Assembly: GCA_965153455.1 (NCBI GenBank)
Contig: OZ234493.1
Span: 24,542,213-24,606,212, forward strand
Reading direction: 5' to 3'
DNA: 64,000 bases
Source: Sphagnum compactum
Lineage: Eukaryota
The translations under genes and the position numbers were made by a program. The notes under the pieces are model-generated. The model searched no databases, was not told the origin of the DNA, and saw only the letters and a program-made list of their open reading frames with translations. Below, piece after piece: positions 50,816 to 64,000 of the stretch (position 1 is its first letter; each line of letters opens with the position of its first letter).

Positions 50816-51407
50816 TATCCGAAATGAAAGATAAAACTTGGAACTGGTTGAATGAATCTTGAAGGTGGAGACATTAGCCAAATTTTTTGGTGCCAAATTT
50901 CTCCTCTACCCAACATTGATAAATTTTTTTGTAACATTAGTTTTAGATGTCTTTTAGTTCATCACATTCGAAGGAGAAGAACATGGAAGTCACCATATTT
51001 AGACACTGGGTCCTTGGGGGTGGCCAAAACATAACAGGATTCTACAAAATGCGTACTGTCTTCTCTGACCTGTAGCCAAGATATGGCTCTAAATTCCTCT
51101 CGTGGATGGTTGCTATTATGGCTACATCACAAAATTGGAAAAAAAAAAACCCTTGGCAGGAATTGATCAAGACAAGTTTCTTTGTTGGATTCAGAAAGAA
51201 AAACAAAACTCATGTAGAACTAATTGTTGACAATGATTTTGTGAAGAATAAATAATTTCTAGATCACATATTATAATTTCTACAATCATCTTATCTACAC
51301 TTGTACAAACTAGAAACACATTCTTGCTAATGTTGCCAAAACTGATGTATCAACACTGTCACCAAAAAACTGCCAGAGATTGGTAGTAGTGGTAGTAGTA
51401 GTAAGGT

Positions 51408-51447
<40 letters not shown>

Positions 51448-51453
51448 TGGTGC

Positions 51454-54400
51454 TCAAGAACAAGGCCTTGGGGCAGTGGCAGCAGGCGGAGAAGAAGAGA
51501 CAGGATCCGCCTGAGATGATGATGGGGAGCGAGGTTGAAGAGCTGCAGCCATACAGAGAGCTCCTCCGGATGATGCAGCAGCATTGGCAGTGGAAGTAGT
51601 GGCGGAGGCGGCAATGGCGAACGTTTCGCGCACTCGTGCAATCTCCGCTGTCGCCAGCGCTAACTGCGCCTGCAGGTGCGCTACCTGTGAGGGTATGTTA
51701 TGTTTTTTGAGCTAGCTCACAGTCATCTCACAGCTCTATTGGTCAACCATTGACCAATTGCAGGAGCTCTCAGAGCTGAGAGTCAAACTATGACTCGCCA
51801 TAAAGTGGCATCTGTTCTTTTTCTTTTTTTTCATGATTACATGACATGTTCCCAGAGTTTCTAACATGATTATAACTATATCATTTCAACGCATTTGCAG
51901 CTCTCCAATGGAAAGGGACTGTCCATGCAACAAGAAACAAGGTCCTATATCAGTGGCTTTCCAATAGGCTACTGTGATCAAAGTGTGCTGTGTGTAAAAA
52001 CTATGATCACAGCAGCCTAATGGAAAGAGACACATTACACTTAGAATCTAGACTTTATACCCGTGCCCTCTGCATTGGTGACTATAATCTGCTTTGAAAA
52101 CCAAAAGCATCAAGCATCGAGGCTTAATTGTTTCTCTTGATAATGGATTTCAACTTTTCTGTTGCATGCCTCTGAGAGAGATAGCATTTGTGTTCAGCAG
52201 CACTTCGCTGTGCTTCATTGGCACCCTTTATCAATCTGGAGTACGAGTGGTAACGCATTCTTTACTCAAAATAGGATTTCCCGGTCCATGAGTGTGAGTG
52301 TTTCTTCTACATCAAGTTTTTTCCATGTTTTCAACAATCTCTTTACTTATGCTTTTCTTTACTCAACAAATCTCACTACTCAAAACTGTTTTTCCAAGAG
52401 TGTTCTTCCAAGAGCGTTTTCCAACAATGTCTCTACTCAAGAATGTTTTTCCAAGAGTGTTTTTCAACAATCTCTACCTGAGAATGAATGTTTTTCCAAG
52501 AGTGTTTTTCAATGATCTATACTCAAGAATGAATGTTTTCCAAGAGATTTCTTCAACAATCTGTACTCAAGAATGTTTTTCCAAGAGTGTTTTTAAGCAA
52601 TCTCTACTCAGGTATGTTTTTTCCAAACAGAGTCTTTGCTATTATGTGGCATGCCTGCCACTCTAGGTGGAGATCAGTGAGCAAGGATTAGTGGGTGAAT
52701 AATGTTGGTAGCTGCTTGCTCTCTCCTTCTGAGCAAGCAAATGCCAGCAGCAGCATCTGCCATCCATCATCTAAACTTTGTCCCACACTCAGATTCTTTG
52801 CATGCAAAGAATCTGCCTGTAATGAGTTCAATGTTTTACAATCAGGGGTGAGTGAACCCACAAAAGTCATGGCTGCATGAACCTGCCCTGAAGGGGAGAG
52901 TATATATGTTCTGTTCAAAGGGTTGTTCAAGCTTGACTTCAGACTTAGGAAGCTGTAGTTTACAATAGGGGTTGTGGGTGGTGTGGTGAGATAGGAAAAG
53001 AAAGTGAGCTTTGAAAGTGTTTCCAGAGCACAACAGTATTCCTTTCACATGAAAAGAAATTCCAAGTTTTGTTCCAATATGGATCAGTTTTGTGCCAAGA
53101 ATTGATTGTCTTTCACACTCATTGAAACATTACTTGATACTATTGATGTCAATACTTTTTTCCATCAAAACATTCTGGATAGCTCCCATCATGCCACTAC
53201 CCAAAGGTTGAATGCCACAAAGCATGTGTAAATTTGTCTTCCATGAAACAAAGCAACAACTAATGTCCGGAAGATTTCAAGTCACAAGCAAATCCAACTT
53301 GTGGAATTTACTTTCCCACTCTGTTTTTTGTTGGTGGGTCTAGAATATTTCAAATCACAAGGAAATTGAACTTTTGGAAGTTACTTTCCCATTCTGTTTT
53401 TTTGTGGGTGGGTTTACTGGTGATGGGAAGTATGTACAAACTATGACTACAGTTGAGAGACACTAATGGTCACCCTAAATTCCACTGCAATAGTGTAGTG
53501 AATTTAAAACATTGTAGCAAGTTACATTTCAGTGTCTTCAACACAATCACCCACAATTTGCTTCAATTATGTTGCAGTTCTATGAATCAGCTCATGTTGG
53601 AACAGTATCATCAGCTTCAGTCTGCTCTGAATATATGCGTTCTAGATCCTAATTCTGGATTTGGTCATAAATCAAGTACCAGTAGTGGCAAAATGGGGTT
53701 CAAGGCTAGAAATAGAACTCAGCAATTCTTATTGCTGCAACATATGCTTGCACATATGGTTCTCATAAATTAGCACTACAACTTTACCGGAGTGGATTGA
53801 TGGGAAAGAAGGAGACCTGAGTGGTTCCCTGCAATTTGAGTGGAGCATAACGATGATGATTAAGGGAAAGAGTTTTGATCTTTTCAGAGAGGTTTCATGA
53901 GCTAAAAAGGGAGAAGAGAGCAAAAGAGAAGTGAAAACCTGCTGCTGAAGTACAGAGATGGCGCCAACACAGCCATAAACAGGATCTTGAACACGTGCAT
54001 CAGCTTCATAAGCCAGTGAATTCACACAGTCTTCCCGATGCGGAGGTGGCAACTCATGGAGCATTTTGGTGACATTGGCGACACCAAACACCTACCCACC
54101 CCCCCTTAACTCTCCAACCTTTCACTCTTCCCTATTCACCTTGGAGTTTCTCCAAATTTGATTATACACATCCCATGTACTTGAGCATATGCAAACATGT
54201 TGATCAAGCTACTACGGTGGTGCCTGTGAACTCCTAACCAAGACTATTTCTTAGTTAAACATGAAAGCTCGCTGAATAGATAAATTCTGTACATTGCTCA
54301 CCTTAAAGTGGAGGTGACATCTTGAGAGGGCTTTTGGCATGTAGGCAAATGGAACCCAAGTGTAAAAATGTGAGCACTTAGTGCATGAGTCTCAAGGAGG

Positions 54401-54836
54401 AGGTGAATTTCAATCAATTCTATGTGCAAACTGCACTTCCTCATATTATGGTTCATTGCAATCATCTGCAGAAAGTCAAAGACCACCACCTTGCTGCAGG
54501 GGGTTCATACTGGTCATTGTTGTCGTGGTTTATGCTTGGTGGCAATTCATGCCAGCAAGTACAAATCATATTTGCTGTTGGATTGACTCATTCAAGAGGT
54601 CTATTGCTAAAGAAGAGTTAATCTCAGGTAGGACTAAGCTTTTCAGGAAGGCTACATTGTGTGCAAAACAAAACTGGAGTGTGCATAAGCTTGGAGTGCA
54701 CCTTGTGGACATGAGCAAATTTCTGGGGCTGGTCAGGGGGGAAGTAGGGAGCAAACAGGCACTGTGCAGTGCACTTTCGGCGCAAAACTCGGCAGGCAGC
54801 ACATGCAGATGTGCCAGGCACTGATGCCATTGCCAT
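51454..54836 (-). CDS. LBD: LOB-domain (LBD/ASL) class I transcription factor, 3 coding exons
   Basis: Exons 54836-54702, 54091-53939 and 51684-51454 (172 aa) with GT-AG introns. C-block [39 protein letters not shown]...[21 protein letters not shown], and a leucine zipper [15 protein letters not shown]. The start could be further upstream (54860). Confidence 0.93.
52350..52630. repeat. Intronic tandem repeat (~40-55 bp units)
   Basis: Repeated CAACAATCTCTACTCAAGAATGTTTTTCCAAGAGTGTTTTT in LBD intron 2. Confidence 0.85.
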
Positions 54837-57108
54837 GCGCAGTCGGCGGTAAGGATGCATCTACTACTCCTTTTCTGTTTTTTCTTTCCAGCCTCCTTTT
54901 TGTCTCTTTTCTGAAGTGCCTTTCCAATACCCTGATCAATACAGTGGCCAGCTAGCTGCAATTGCTGCAAATCTCCACTTCCCACCATCTCTTACCATTG
55001 TATTTGGACTAGTACTCTTCTTCACCACTCCTTTTGTCAAGGACAACAAGGGAGTTTTGAAGTTTGTCCACTTCCCTCCATGTGATAGATATGCTCCATC
55101 TTTATTGCACCTTCTTGTCTCATCACCGCCTCCCTGCAGGAGGCTGCTTGATTCCAGATGATGATGGGCTTTGGGCCTCCTGATAGGTGGTGGTGATAGC
55201 AGCACATCAAAGTTATTGTACTCGGCTGTTCTTGTTGAATGCCTGCTGGGTGCAACGTGATTCCTCCTCATCCCTCTGTCATACCCTGCCAAAATAGTAG
55301 CAATGGGTAGTGTGACTTTCCTCCTGTTCATGTGACTGTGGCAGAACCGGCTTGTAACTTCCTCGCTCATTGTAGCCAATATAACTTCCAGCTGCCTTGT
55401 AGGGCGAAGGTAGGCTGGCAGTTGGTTGGTTCAACGGCTCCCCTCTCTCTCTAGCTAGATCCCAACAGGTGGTCTTCTCCCAACTCCTCCTTCCATTTCC
55501 CTCTCTATTTCTCTACTGCCCAACCCCGCCCGCCCCCCACACTTTCTTCAACACTTTTTCAATAAGGCTGCTTCTTCCCCACACACTCATCCCACTCAGA
55601 TTTCACAATTTGTGTCATTCTTTAGAACCCCCAAAAAGTCAGCAACGATTTCTTCCATTTTTTTGAGTTCCCAGCTTGATCCAAAAGCTTCCGGGTAGAA
55701 AGGCAACTTCGTGGGCTCACACATGCTGCTGCTGCTGCAAGGGCAGATTGTGACATGTACAGCAGTGTTTCGTCAGATTTTCAGCTAGAATCCACAAGTT
55801 GGATTATGGATGGCTACAGACAGCAGAGCTAAGAGCTTCAAGCAGCTATGGAAAGGCATGATTTGGGAATTCATGAAACTTGCCCCAGTGATTGCAGAGA
55901 GAGTGACAGAGAGAGACACACACAGATAGATGCGCAGAGCTAGCTAGGGCATGCCAAAAACGATAGAAAACAGTGAAGCTCAACTCAGCTCTTGTTTCTA
56001 AACATGTATCTCATCAACACACAGAGGAAAATCAGGATTTTATTTCATAATGGCAAAGCTGGATGGATGGATTGATAGTTTGATGTTAAACCTTCTGATT
56101 GGGAAAAAAAGGAAAAAGGGAAGTCAATTTTGAACCCTAAAACAAAAGAGCACACACAACAACAGCAACACAAAACCCTAAAATTGATTCCTTTCGCCCC
56201 GACCCACATACAGCGGAAGGAGATCTAATGCGGGCGAGATCTAAGTACACAACCCTTTTTACAAAGGAACCACCACACACAATGTGAAGAAGACACAGAG
56301 AAGAGAAGCAAATTCAGGGCAACAGTAGATCCAAACCCTAATTTTCTCATCCACCGCTGGAGGTACCTGAGTACCTACCTGAAGCCATAGACTCCGGATA
56401 AATTCAAAGAACAAACATGATCTCGTGATCACACCCAGCAAACATATGCCAACAAACAGCAACGGCAACAACAGAATCAATCGGGCAACCAACGAAGAAA
56501 TCCGATCGTCTTAAACACAAAAAACAAAACCGCATCCGAAGGAAGGCATATGCTGCATTCCTGCGCGTACGCCGCTTCGACCAATCGGGAGTAGACATCT
56601 GTCGCTTGGTAATTGGATAAATTTCTGCATTTCATGATAAAACTTCAAACTTGGCTTTTGTTGAGATGAGAAAATAGGTATTGCCGTTTGGGATGAACGT
56701 TGGTCTGTCTCATCCATGAAGGTGCTGTTATGGGGATTGTAATCTGAACCTTATCTTGATGAATAAAAGTGGATGAGATTTTTTATACCCACCAACCACT
56801 CGTCGTGTGTACATTTGGTCAACGAAGGCGATGGAAAAAATTAGGGCTCAGAAGAGAAGAAGGGAAGAGCTAATCATGAATGATAATTTGGTCGTTGTGG
56901 ATGATTATTGGTGAACTAAATCGACAAGCGGAAACCGAATACCCTGCACTGTGGATGATAAATTGTTAGTCGTTGATGAGAAAAGGATGAAAACCTGGAC
57001 TCTTGCTCAAGACTATGGCGCGGTGCAAGCGAAGCGAGAAAGAGAGAAAGAGAGAGAGCTAGCGAGGAAGTTGAGTGAAGAGAGCGCGACTGTTGTGTTG
57101 ACGCGGCG

Positions 57109-60100
57109 ATGGCGCTCGTTGCTGCCGCTGTTGCATCTCCTTCTATGGCTTCTCTTCGATACTGCTGCCCTGGTGAGCTTTCTTTTATGTTGATGATTTT
57201 CCTTTGCCCCATATATTCGCTGAAGATCGTTGAGGTCATGTCCCTATTGTGGACTGCGCAATTCTCTTGGGGGCCAGGTTTCTGGAGTAGTAGGTACTTG
57301 TCTCGATCAGAAATCTTCCGTGGTATAAGTTGTGAAGAACTGTCTCGGGAGGGTTTTTTTTAAAGTTTTCCCTCCCGCTCCGCCCTTGGTTTCGATGTGA
57401 TTGCGGGCTTGGACGAAGAAAAGAACTGGATTACTTTTGTTTTAGAAACTTGGAGCTTCAATCTGAGTCAAGCGTATTGGATAGACATTTGATGTGACCC
57501 CTGAAGTTCAGGTTGAATGGAATCTGGAGTATAATAACAATGCCTAAGTTCTGATTGTCGATTTGTGATGTGTGGGATGTGTGTGTTTTTTGCTTTTTTC
57601 TGCAGCTCCAACAATGTGTTGTGGTAGGGATGGAGGGGGTGGCGCTTTAGTGTCGGGGCTTTGGAAGCAAACATCATGTAGAGGGTGGCAGGGCCTGACA
57701 GGACTTTCCTTCGGCAGAGGTATGCTGAGCAGGTACACTTTTGTTCACTGGTGGAACTGGGAGGATCTAACCCCAGTAGATGATCTCATTCCTGCATTTG
57801 GTAACTCCCAACTGTAATGCTCGATTAGTCAAATTTCTTGTCACTGGGGAATGGCAATGCAACCACAGTTTGGATCAAGGGTTCACTTGGGATCCCCCAC
57901 TAAGGTGCAGATCTGCCTTTAGGTTTGAAGTTCTAGGAAGCATTTTGAAAGTGTTAATGAGGACTCTGTTTGAGGACTTTCATCATGTGACTGAAGCTTT
58001 CATTCATTTGGGCCTGGTGATGAATTCGGGGTGGCGGTTTTGGCCGTAAAGGTTTTTGGCTGAGCCAGTGGAGCAATCTGCAGTGAAGCGAAGAGATGAG
58101 GGATGGCAAGTAAATGTGGCAGCAGACCAGTCAGGATCCAAGCCTGATGCATCTGAGCGCAGTGAAAAGTGTGGCTACCATCCTTTAGAAGAACTGTCAA
58201 AGCTTGAGAAGGAGGAGATGTTAGCTGCCAATGGACGACCAACGGCTGCTGCTATTGCAAGGACAGTTGCTGAGGTGTCTTCTTGTTGCCGCCCCTGCCA
58301 TATTGACTGTTGTGAGCTATACAGATGCCCTAGGCTATCCTAACATTTAGCTTCTTTGCCACTATGTGGATCTGTTCTTTGGCTAATACACAAGAATGAC
58401 GTCACTCTTCTTGCTTTTCCTTTCAGGTCAACTGGTATGCAGCCATATTTGCTTCACTTGTGTCTGATGAAGATCCAGTATTTGGAACTGAGGTGCAATA
58501 CCTTGTTGACGAGCATGGTGGTTTGTGGATTCATCCTTTACCCTGCTTAGATCTTTGCAGTAGGTTAAAGTATTGGCTGATGTCAATTGCTTCTGTACTT
58601 TGAACTTAATTGAACCTACTTTATCCTCTGTTAACTACTTGGTATCTTGTCCTACCTTGTTTAGACAAGGCAAATGGCACGGTTCCAGTCATATGAATTC
58701 AAGCTTAGCTAGTTGATAACATGAAGGCTGACATGCATGTGACATGCACAAACGTAGTGTCTGTTGAAATTTGAAAATTTCTGGGTATAGGATGTGGTGG
58801 GTAGTTGCATCATGGAGCTTACAGTGCTTCTCTTCAAGATGTCCTAAATGAGCTTCTGAATTGCAGATTTGTATTTTGAGATGAATGATGACAATGAGTT
58901 TCTCTCCAACCTTTCTTCTGCACAAACCTCTACAGTATGTCTGTTACCTACCTCGAAAATATTTTACTGGGTTCAGAGTGTGTAGCTTAATCATTCTAAC
59001 AATGCATTGCAAGGACCACAATTTCTATCCTGATAAGAGTTATGTGCTGTCCATACTTTGTCAAGCACAGAAGGAACTCTCCATGTGCTGTGGGAGGTGA
59101 TCTCCCCTTGACAGGCCCATTGACTAAAGTGCATATCAACCTGAAGGTTCCTTTGACCTTGTCAAGGGCAGGTATTAATTGGATTTAGGAGTATGGATGA
59201 AGTCCAATTGGCACACCTGATTGAAGAAGAAGGTGATGACGACGATGAGGATATCTCGGACTTTGATGAAGAGGATGGCAGTAATGGTGGCTCCAGTGAT
59301 GATGATCTTGAGGACTTTGACGTTCAAGTGAGTATTCACCTTCCTGGACAGATGTATTTTTCTTTCCATGTCCAGTGGTACACTTCTTGCTGATTGGAAT
59401 ACAGCAGGAACAGGACCCAGATTTGGTATACTTGTTTGACCCAAGTTTGTGGCAGACTATTATATGCTTATCTACACCCATTATCAGGAGCTGACGAAGT
59501 CCATGGGGAGTCATGGCAGCTTATGGCAGCTTTTCATGGTGAAGGTGATGGTCTGATACTTTGTGGGTGACATTCATAAGGCTATGACCACACTCATTTC
59601 CATTTAGTTTTGGTCTTGCTGGAACTGATACACATTTATGTTACAAGTGTTATTGTAGGGTTTTCTCTGCAATCTCATAGATATTTTCAGGGTGCAGGAG
59701 GCCCTAACCCACATACCCTCTATGCGGCCTCTCTATGCTAGGCTTTGATGCTTGTACAGGAACAGTCTTAATGAATTGAAGCTCACCCTCACAAGCTTAT
59801 TGCAGCTTGAATTGACTATTCTGATTAGCTACATCTCATTATTGCCAGCCAAGATCATGACTGAGTCTTCCTGTTGCAATTACATACACTCTTTGCTGAA
59901 ATCAACAGCATCAATCACTGTTGGTAGACTATTCTTTGCACATATTTTTTGTTATCCATATTTTTATGAAGCTGTTATATATTTTGTGTGCTTCTTTTGT
60001 TGACTTTGAGGAAAGAACCTTAGAAGATTTTTTGTCTGGGATTCGTTTGCAGTTTTGGGATGAAGGATTACCTGGAGTTGCAGATGCTTTTCAAGGAAGT

Positions 60101-62102
60101 TTATCACCTGAGTCATTGGGTGCATTAAATGTCTGGGGTGGTTCTGAGACTTTAACCTGGGTGCATCCCTTGGATTTTGCCACCAAGATGGCACAGGTTA
60201 GAAAACTGTTCTCTTCATTAAGTCTGCACTCCTCGACTTTTTTCCCTGATTTGAAAATCTGTAATACTTGCTCATGTCACCCCTTCGAATGATGACCTTG
60301 TGTAGAAGCAATCCTATTGTTGTTTTCAAGTTTTGCATGATATTCTTTGTCCTTCACCACCTTTGTTTTTGGTGGGGTTGATGTCTTCCTTCTCTTTACA
60401 AAGACATGTGAAGTTACTTCCAACATACCAAATCAATGCTTTTGAGCTGTACCCCATGTATGCTGAAATGTTTGGGATCCAGAGGGGAAATCTCTATTAT
60501 TCTAATTCTGATATTGAACACCAGGCAGCAGCAGCTGATCATATTGAAGACTTTGCAAGGCCATCAAAGCGGCTCACAGTTAAAGGGGTTGTGCGGCGGA
60601 TTACTGATGAGGAGGAAACATATGTGCGAAGCTTGTGGTTTGATCGTTTTCTTTGGGATGAAGACAATGAGGAAGAGGAGGAAGAGGAGGAAGAGGTTGA
60701 ACAATCAGGAGAGAGATTGAGAGAACCAGGGACAGCTCAGGACACTCGAGCACATCTGAAGCTAGTGGATAGGTCAACATCAGCAACTAAAGAGTTACAT
60801 CAAGCACCAGTAGGGAAGGTTGTTACAGATCCTGCAAGCAGTGACACAAAGAAAGTTGCTAAGAGCAAAATTGAGAGGAGGATGCAGGAAGTGATCTCCA
60901 GTGAAATTGCGGAATCAGCCACTGCAGAGGCTTCTGGAACATCAACATCTGACAGTACCAATGGCTCAGATGTCAGGAGGAGAGACAGAAGTGCAGGCTC
61001 ACCAAGAGTTTGGTTGAGGAATGGTCAAGCTGCAGACATGGGATCTGAGATTGAGTCTTCAGAAACAGATGATGAGGATCAGGAGAGAAGTGAGAACTCA
61101 GAAGTGGAGGAAGATGATACAATAATGGAGTGGACTGTGGAGGTGAATGGAGAGGTGGGTACATCGTTCTACAAGCTGGAGATGATGAGCCTGCAACTTG
61201 ACTCCTTTTCTGGTGTGCAGGTAATGCATTGTGAACGAGGGAAACCCTCCAATCTAGACTATTCGTTGCAGGATTGAGCCATATCTCTGAACAAACTGTT
61301 GATTCCTTACAGTTCTGTTTGCCCATTTGACTTAATTGCCATCATGTAAAAACAAGGAGAGCAGAGAATTTCTCGAAAGTGTTATTCTCAAAAGGTGTGG
61401 TCCCTTCGTTTCCAGGCATCCATAGATATTCAAGCATTTTGTGATTCGGAGCCAGACATACTGGCACATTCTGCAGCAGCCATTGCAGAACGAGTGAATT
61501 CTGCTGGGAGCAAAACAGACAGAGCACTCAAGGCACTTTGTAAACGAGAAAGAGGGCTCAATGTCGAGGTGAGAAGTTTCATCTCCAAATACTGGTCTGT
61601 GACTGACATGAATATGTTGTGTATGTGAGGTGCATCTATTTTATTTATTTCTTACTTCCTTGGGCTGCGGTAGTTTTAAAATGGTCCTTGCAATTAGTAA
61701 TATATTCAGTGATGATAGTTTGTTTGGTCCTGAATGGCTGTCAGCTATTTACCAAGGGTGGAAATATGATGGCCTACATAGGAAGTGTCGGTGATTGGAA
61801 TTGACAGCCTTGGTGTGGATCTGCGTGTAAGCTGTGGCATCGAAGTCCAGACACTTCGTTTTCAATTTGCTCGGAGGGTATGTATATGTGCTTCTCTCCA
61901 GCATGTGTTTCATGGAGAGCAGTTTTTGATGCATTGTGCAAAATTCCATTTCTTGGTGGGCCTTCTCTGTTACTATTCTGATTTGAGAGTTATAGTGCAG
62001 GCAACATCTGAGAAGAATGCTGAGCAGCTACTAGATCAATTGATAAATCCACGGTTCAGTCACAAGCGTCCCCGAAAGAGTCAGCAATCCCCTCGACGCT
62101 GA
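57109..62102 (+). CDS. At3g49140/At5g24060-like protein (FMN-binding split-barrel-related), multi-exon, probably plastid-targeted
   Basis: Approximate exons: 57109-57172, 57606-~57732, ~58052-58274, 58427-58520, 58867-58934, 59172-59327, 60053-60196, 60525-61220, 61416-61568, 61782-61877, 62001-62102. Motifs YHPLEE, ARTVAEVN, YLVDEHGDLYFE, VHPLDFATKMAQ, FYKLEM, EPDILAHSA, ALKALCKRERGLNVEEVSVIGIDSLGVDLRVSCGIEVQTLRFQF..ATSE..AE. The 5' exon junctions are uncertain. Confidence 0.85.
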
Positions 62103-64000
62103 ACAAATGGAACTGGTAACATTCTGTCCTTCAGGTTGAGTGCCATTATAGACACAATTCTGAAGATAGGCTTGTGCTCTCTGCAGCTGCTTACATTCAC
62201 AAGAAAATCAACTTCATTTTTTTTGAGAGTTTGCTGAATGGCATGTCAGACCAGTAATCACTGCAGGCTGTCTGCCATTGCTGCAATTAAGAAGGCGCAA
62301 TAGATAGGTTCATGGTTCAGGTTGTAAGGTTTTGGGTTGTAGTTCTGGATAGTTCCAACCATGGGATTAGTGTCAGGGATTAGGGATTGATAATGGTATT
62401 TGTTGAATGCATACTCCTGGTGGCAATTGCTGATATCATGTTACCTGTTCGAATCAAAGATTTCACCAATGCAAATGTATGTGACAATGCATACTTTTAA
62501 AGCTATGGACAAAGGTTTGGTTCAAGCAGGAAGTGCTGAAGGTTACTGCGAACTATCCTGCAGGCCATGAGATTGTATGGACAGGACGACTTTAATCCAC
62601 TTCTAGTTTCTCAAATTCTCCTTTGTTACTGGGGAACTGTTAGTAAAGGAGTCCCCTTCCCTATGGCCTTCTAGCACTGCAGTAGTCTGCTTGATTTTTG
62701 CAGAAGGAAGAAGTCTCCTTTCATTGTATTTTATGGAAATATGATTTTGGCATAACCCTCAATCATCCAAAGAATGGATGCTTGTGTATGTTATTTTCCT
62801 TCTTACTTTGGTCAGTCTGCTTGTTCTGTGAAAAAGGTTCTCCAACCTCACTCCTCAAGTGAGTGGGGATTAGATCTTCCAAGTTCACTACTGAGACTGA
62901 TTTTGTCACAAAATTTCTGGCATCGTGGTACTGATACTATTGTCTGGACTCTGCTGCTCGAAGCTTCAAATGTATATGTTGAGTATCCACTTACCTGGTT
63001 ATTGAGAAACCCTACCTAGTAACCATCATTGAATGTTGAACCCACAACTTGTGGAAATTAGGCATGACCCATTGATGCCCTTGTCACTAATGAACAGTTG
63101 TTTTGGTGCAAGGATCAGTTTAGGCAATTTTTGGAACCAGCATATTCATTCTGGATATGGATAAAGAAGATTTCATATTGGAATTTGGATATGAGATCAA
63201 TGAGCATTGTCTTCAAAATTCTCTTCTCCTCCCCTACCCTCCACCTTAGCCTCTTGTTGACATTCTTCTTGAGGGATGTCTTGCATTTTACTGAAAGAGA
63301 AATGATAAAATTCTTACGCACCGTCTGAAGCAGGCTAGCTTACTGTAGACCCATTTTGTGTCTGAGGAGCAAGTCATTAGTGAAATAAGATGGCATCAGG
63401 TTGTATCTTGCTACAATGCTCAAGGAATTGGTGTAACTGAAGAACTGCAAAGATGTCAAATGTATGCACTAATGGATGACTCCATTTTAGACATAAAGTT
63501 GGGGCTTTTATGAACTAGCGAGTCTTGGGAATTTGACCATAATTTGATCTGAACAAAACTTTCAGTGTATTATCAAGTTTTTGGAAGTCTGGTTTAGCTC
63601 TTTCAATTGTAATCAATGTTTGTGTTCAGTTATGTTTCACCGGTAATTTTATCCTATTGGTTATTAAAAGGTCATGGCCTTCAGTTCATTGAGTAGAATT
63701 GCTTCAATGGCAAAAGCCAATTGTAAATGTAAAAATCATGTTGGTTTGAACATGGAATTGTATCCTTGACGTAATGGATCATGTGATCCTAATTGCACAT
63801 GTTGCTTTGCATTTTTGGTTTTTGGCCACTATTGTGCATAATATTTTCTTGGCTCATTCCACTAGTTTGCTAGTGTCAAGCTTGCATGGAGTGGTGTACT
63901 AAGATTTGATTGTTCAACACATCAACAAGTCTTCCACACCATCTTCATTATGGAATTCCAGTCCATTGCCAACAATGATTTAAAAATGGGATCCCATGCC

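Noticed and set aside
63200-63444. Possible terminal exons of a minus-strand gene extending beyond the window
   Set aside because: The implied intron is only 53 nt and the peptide is unrecognisable, so support is insufficient.

Overview
Eukaryotic nuclear DNA from a land plant. Intron-containing MIZ1-like, LBD and At3g49140-like genes sit in an AT-rich, transposon-littered background. The repeat landscape resembles a moss such as Sphagnum, which is an inference. The left third is the most unusual part. A heavily decayed minus-strand reading frame from ~17.5 kb down to ~8.1 kb carries the RdRp motifs F-A-B-C-D-E of a segmented negative-strand RNA virus L protein in the correct order, so it looks like an endogenous bunyavirus-like (arena/nairo-like) element. 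An intact, intronless, GC-rich gene for a secreted fungal-type FAD oxidoreductase (9034-10449, a likely fungus-to-plant transfer) appears to have inserted inside that viral frame. A diverged, truncated paralogue of it lies at 929-1409. The window also holds a complete GC-rich hAT element with an 8-bp TSD, whose transposase is broken only by three in-frame TAG codons. Other mobile DNA includes CACTA remnants, two CRE-type non-LTR retrotransposons, solo LTRs, MITEs, a small Helitron and tandem repeats. All calls were made by eye; no searches were run.
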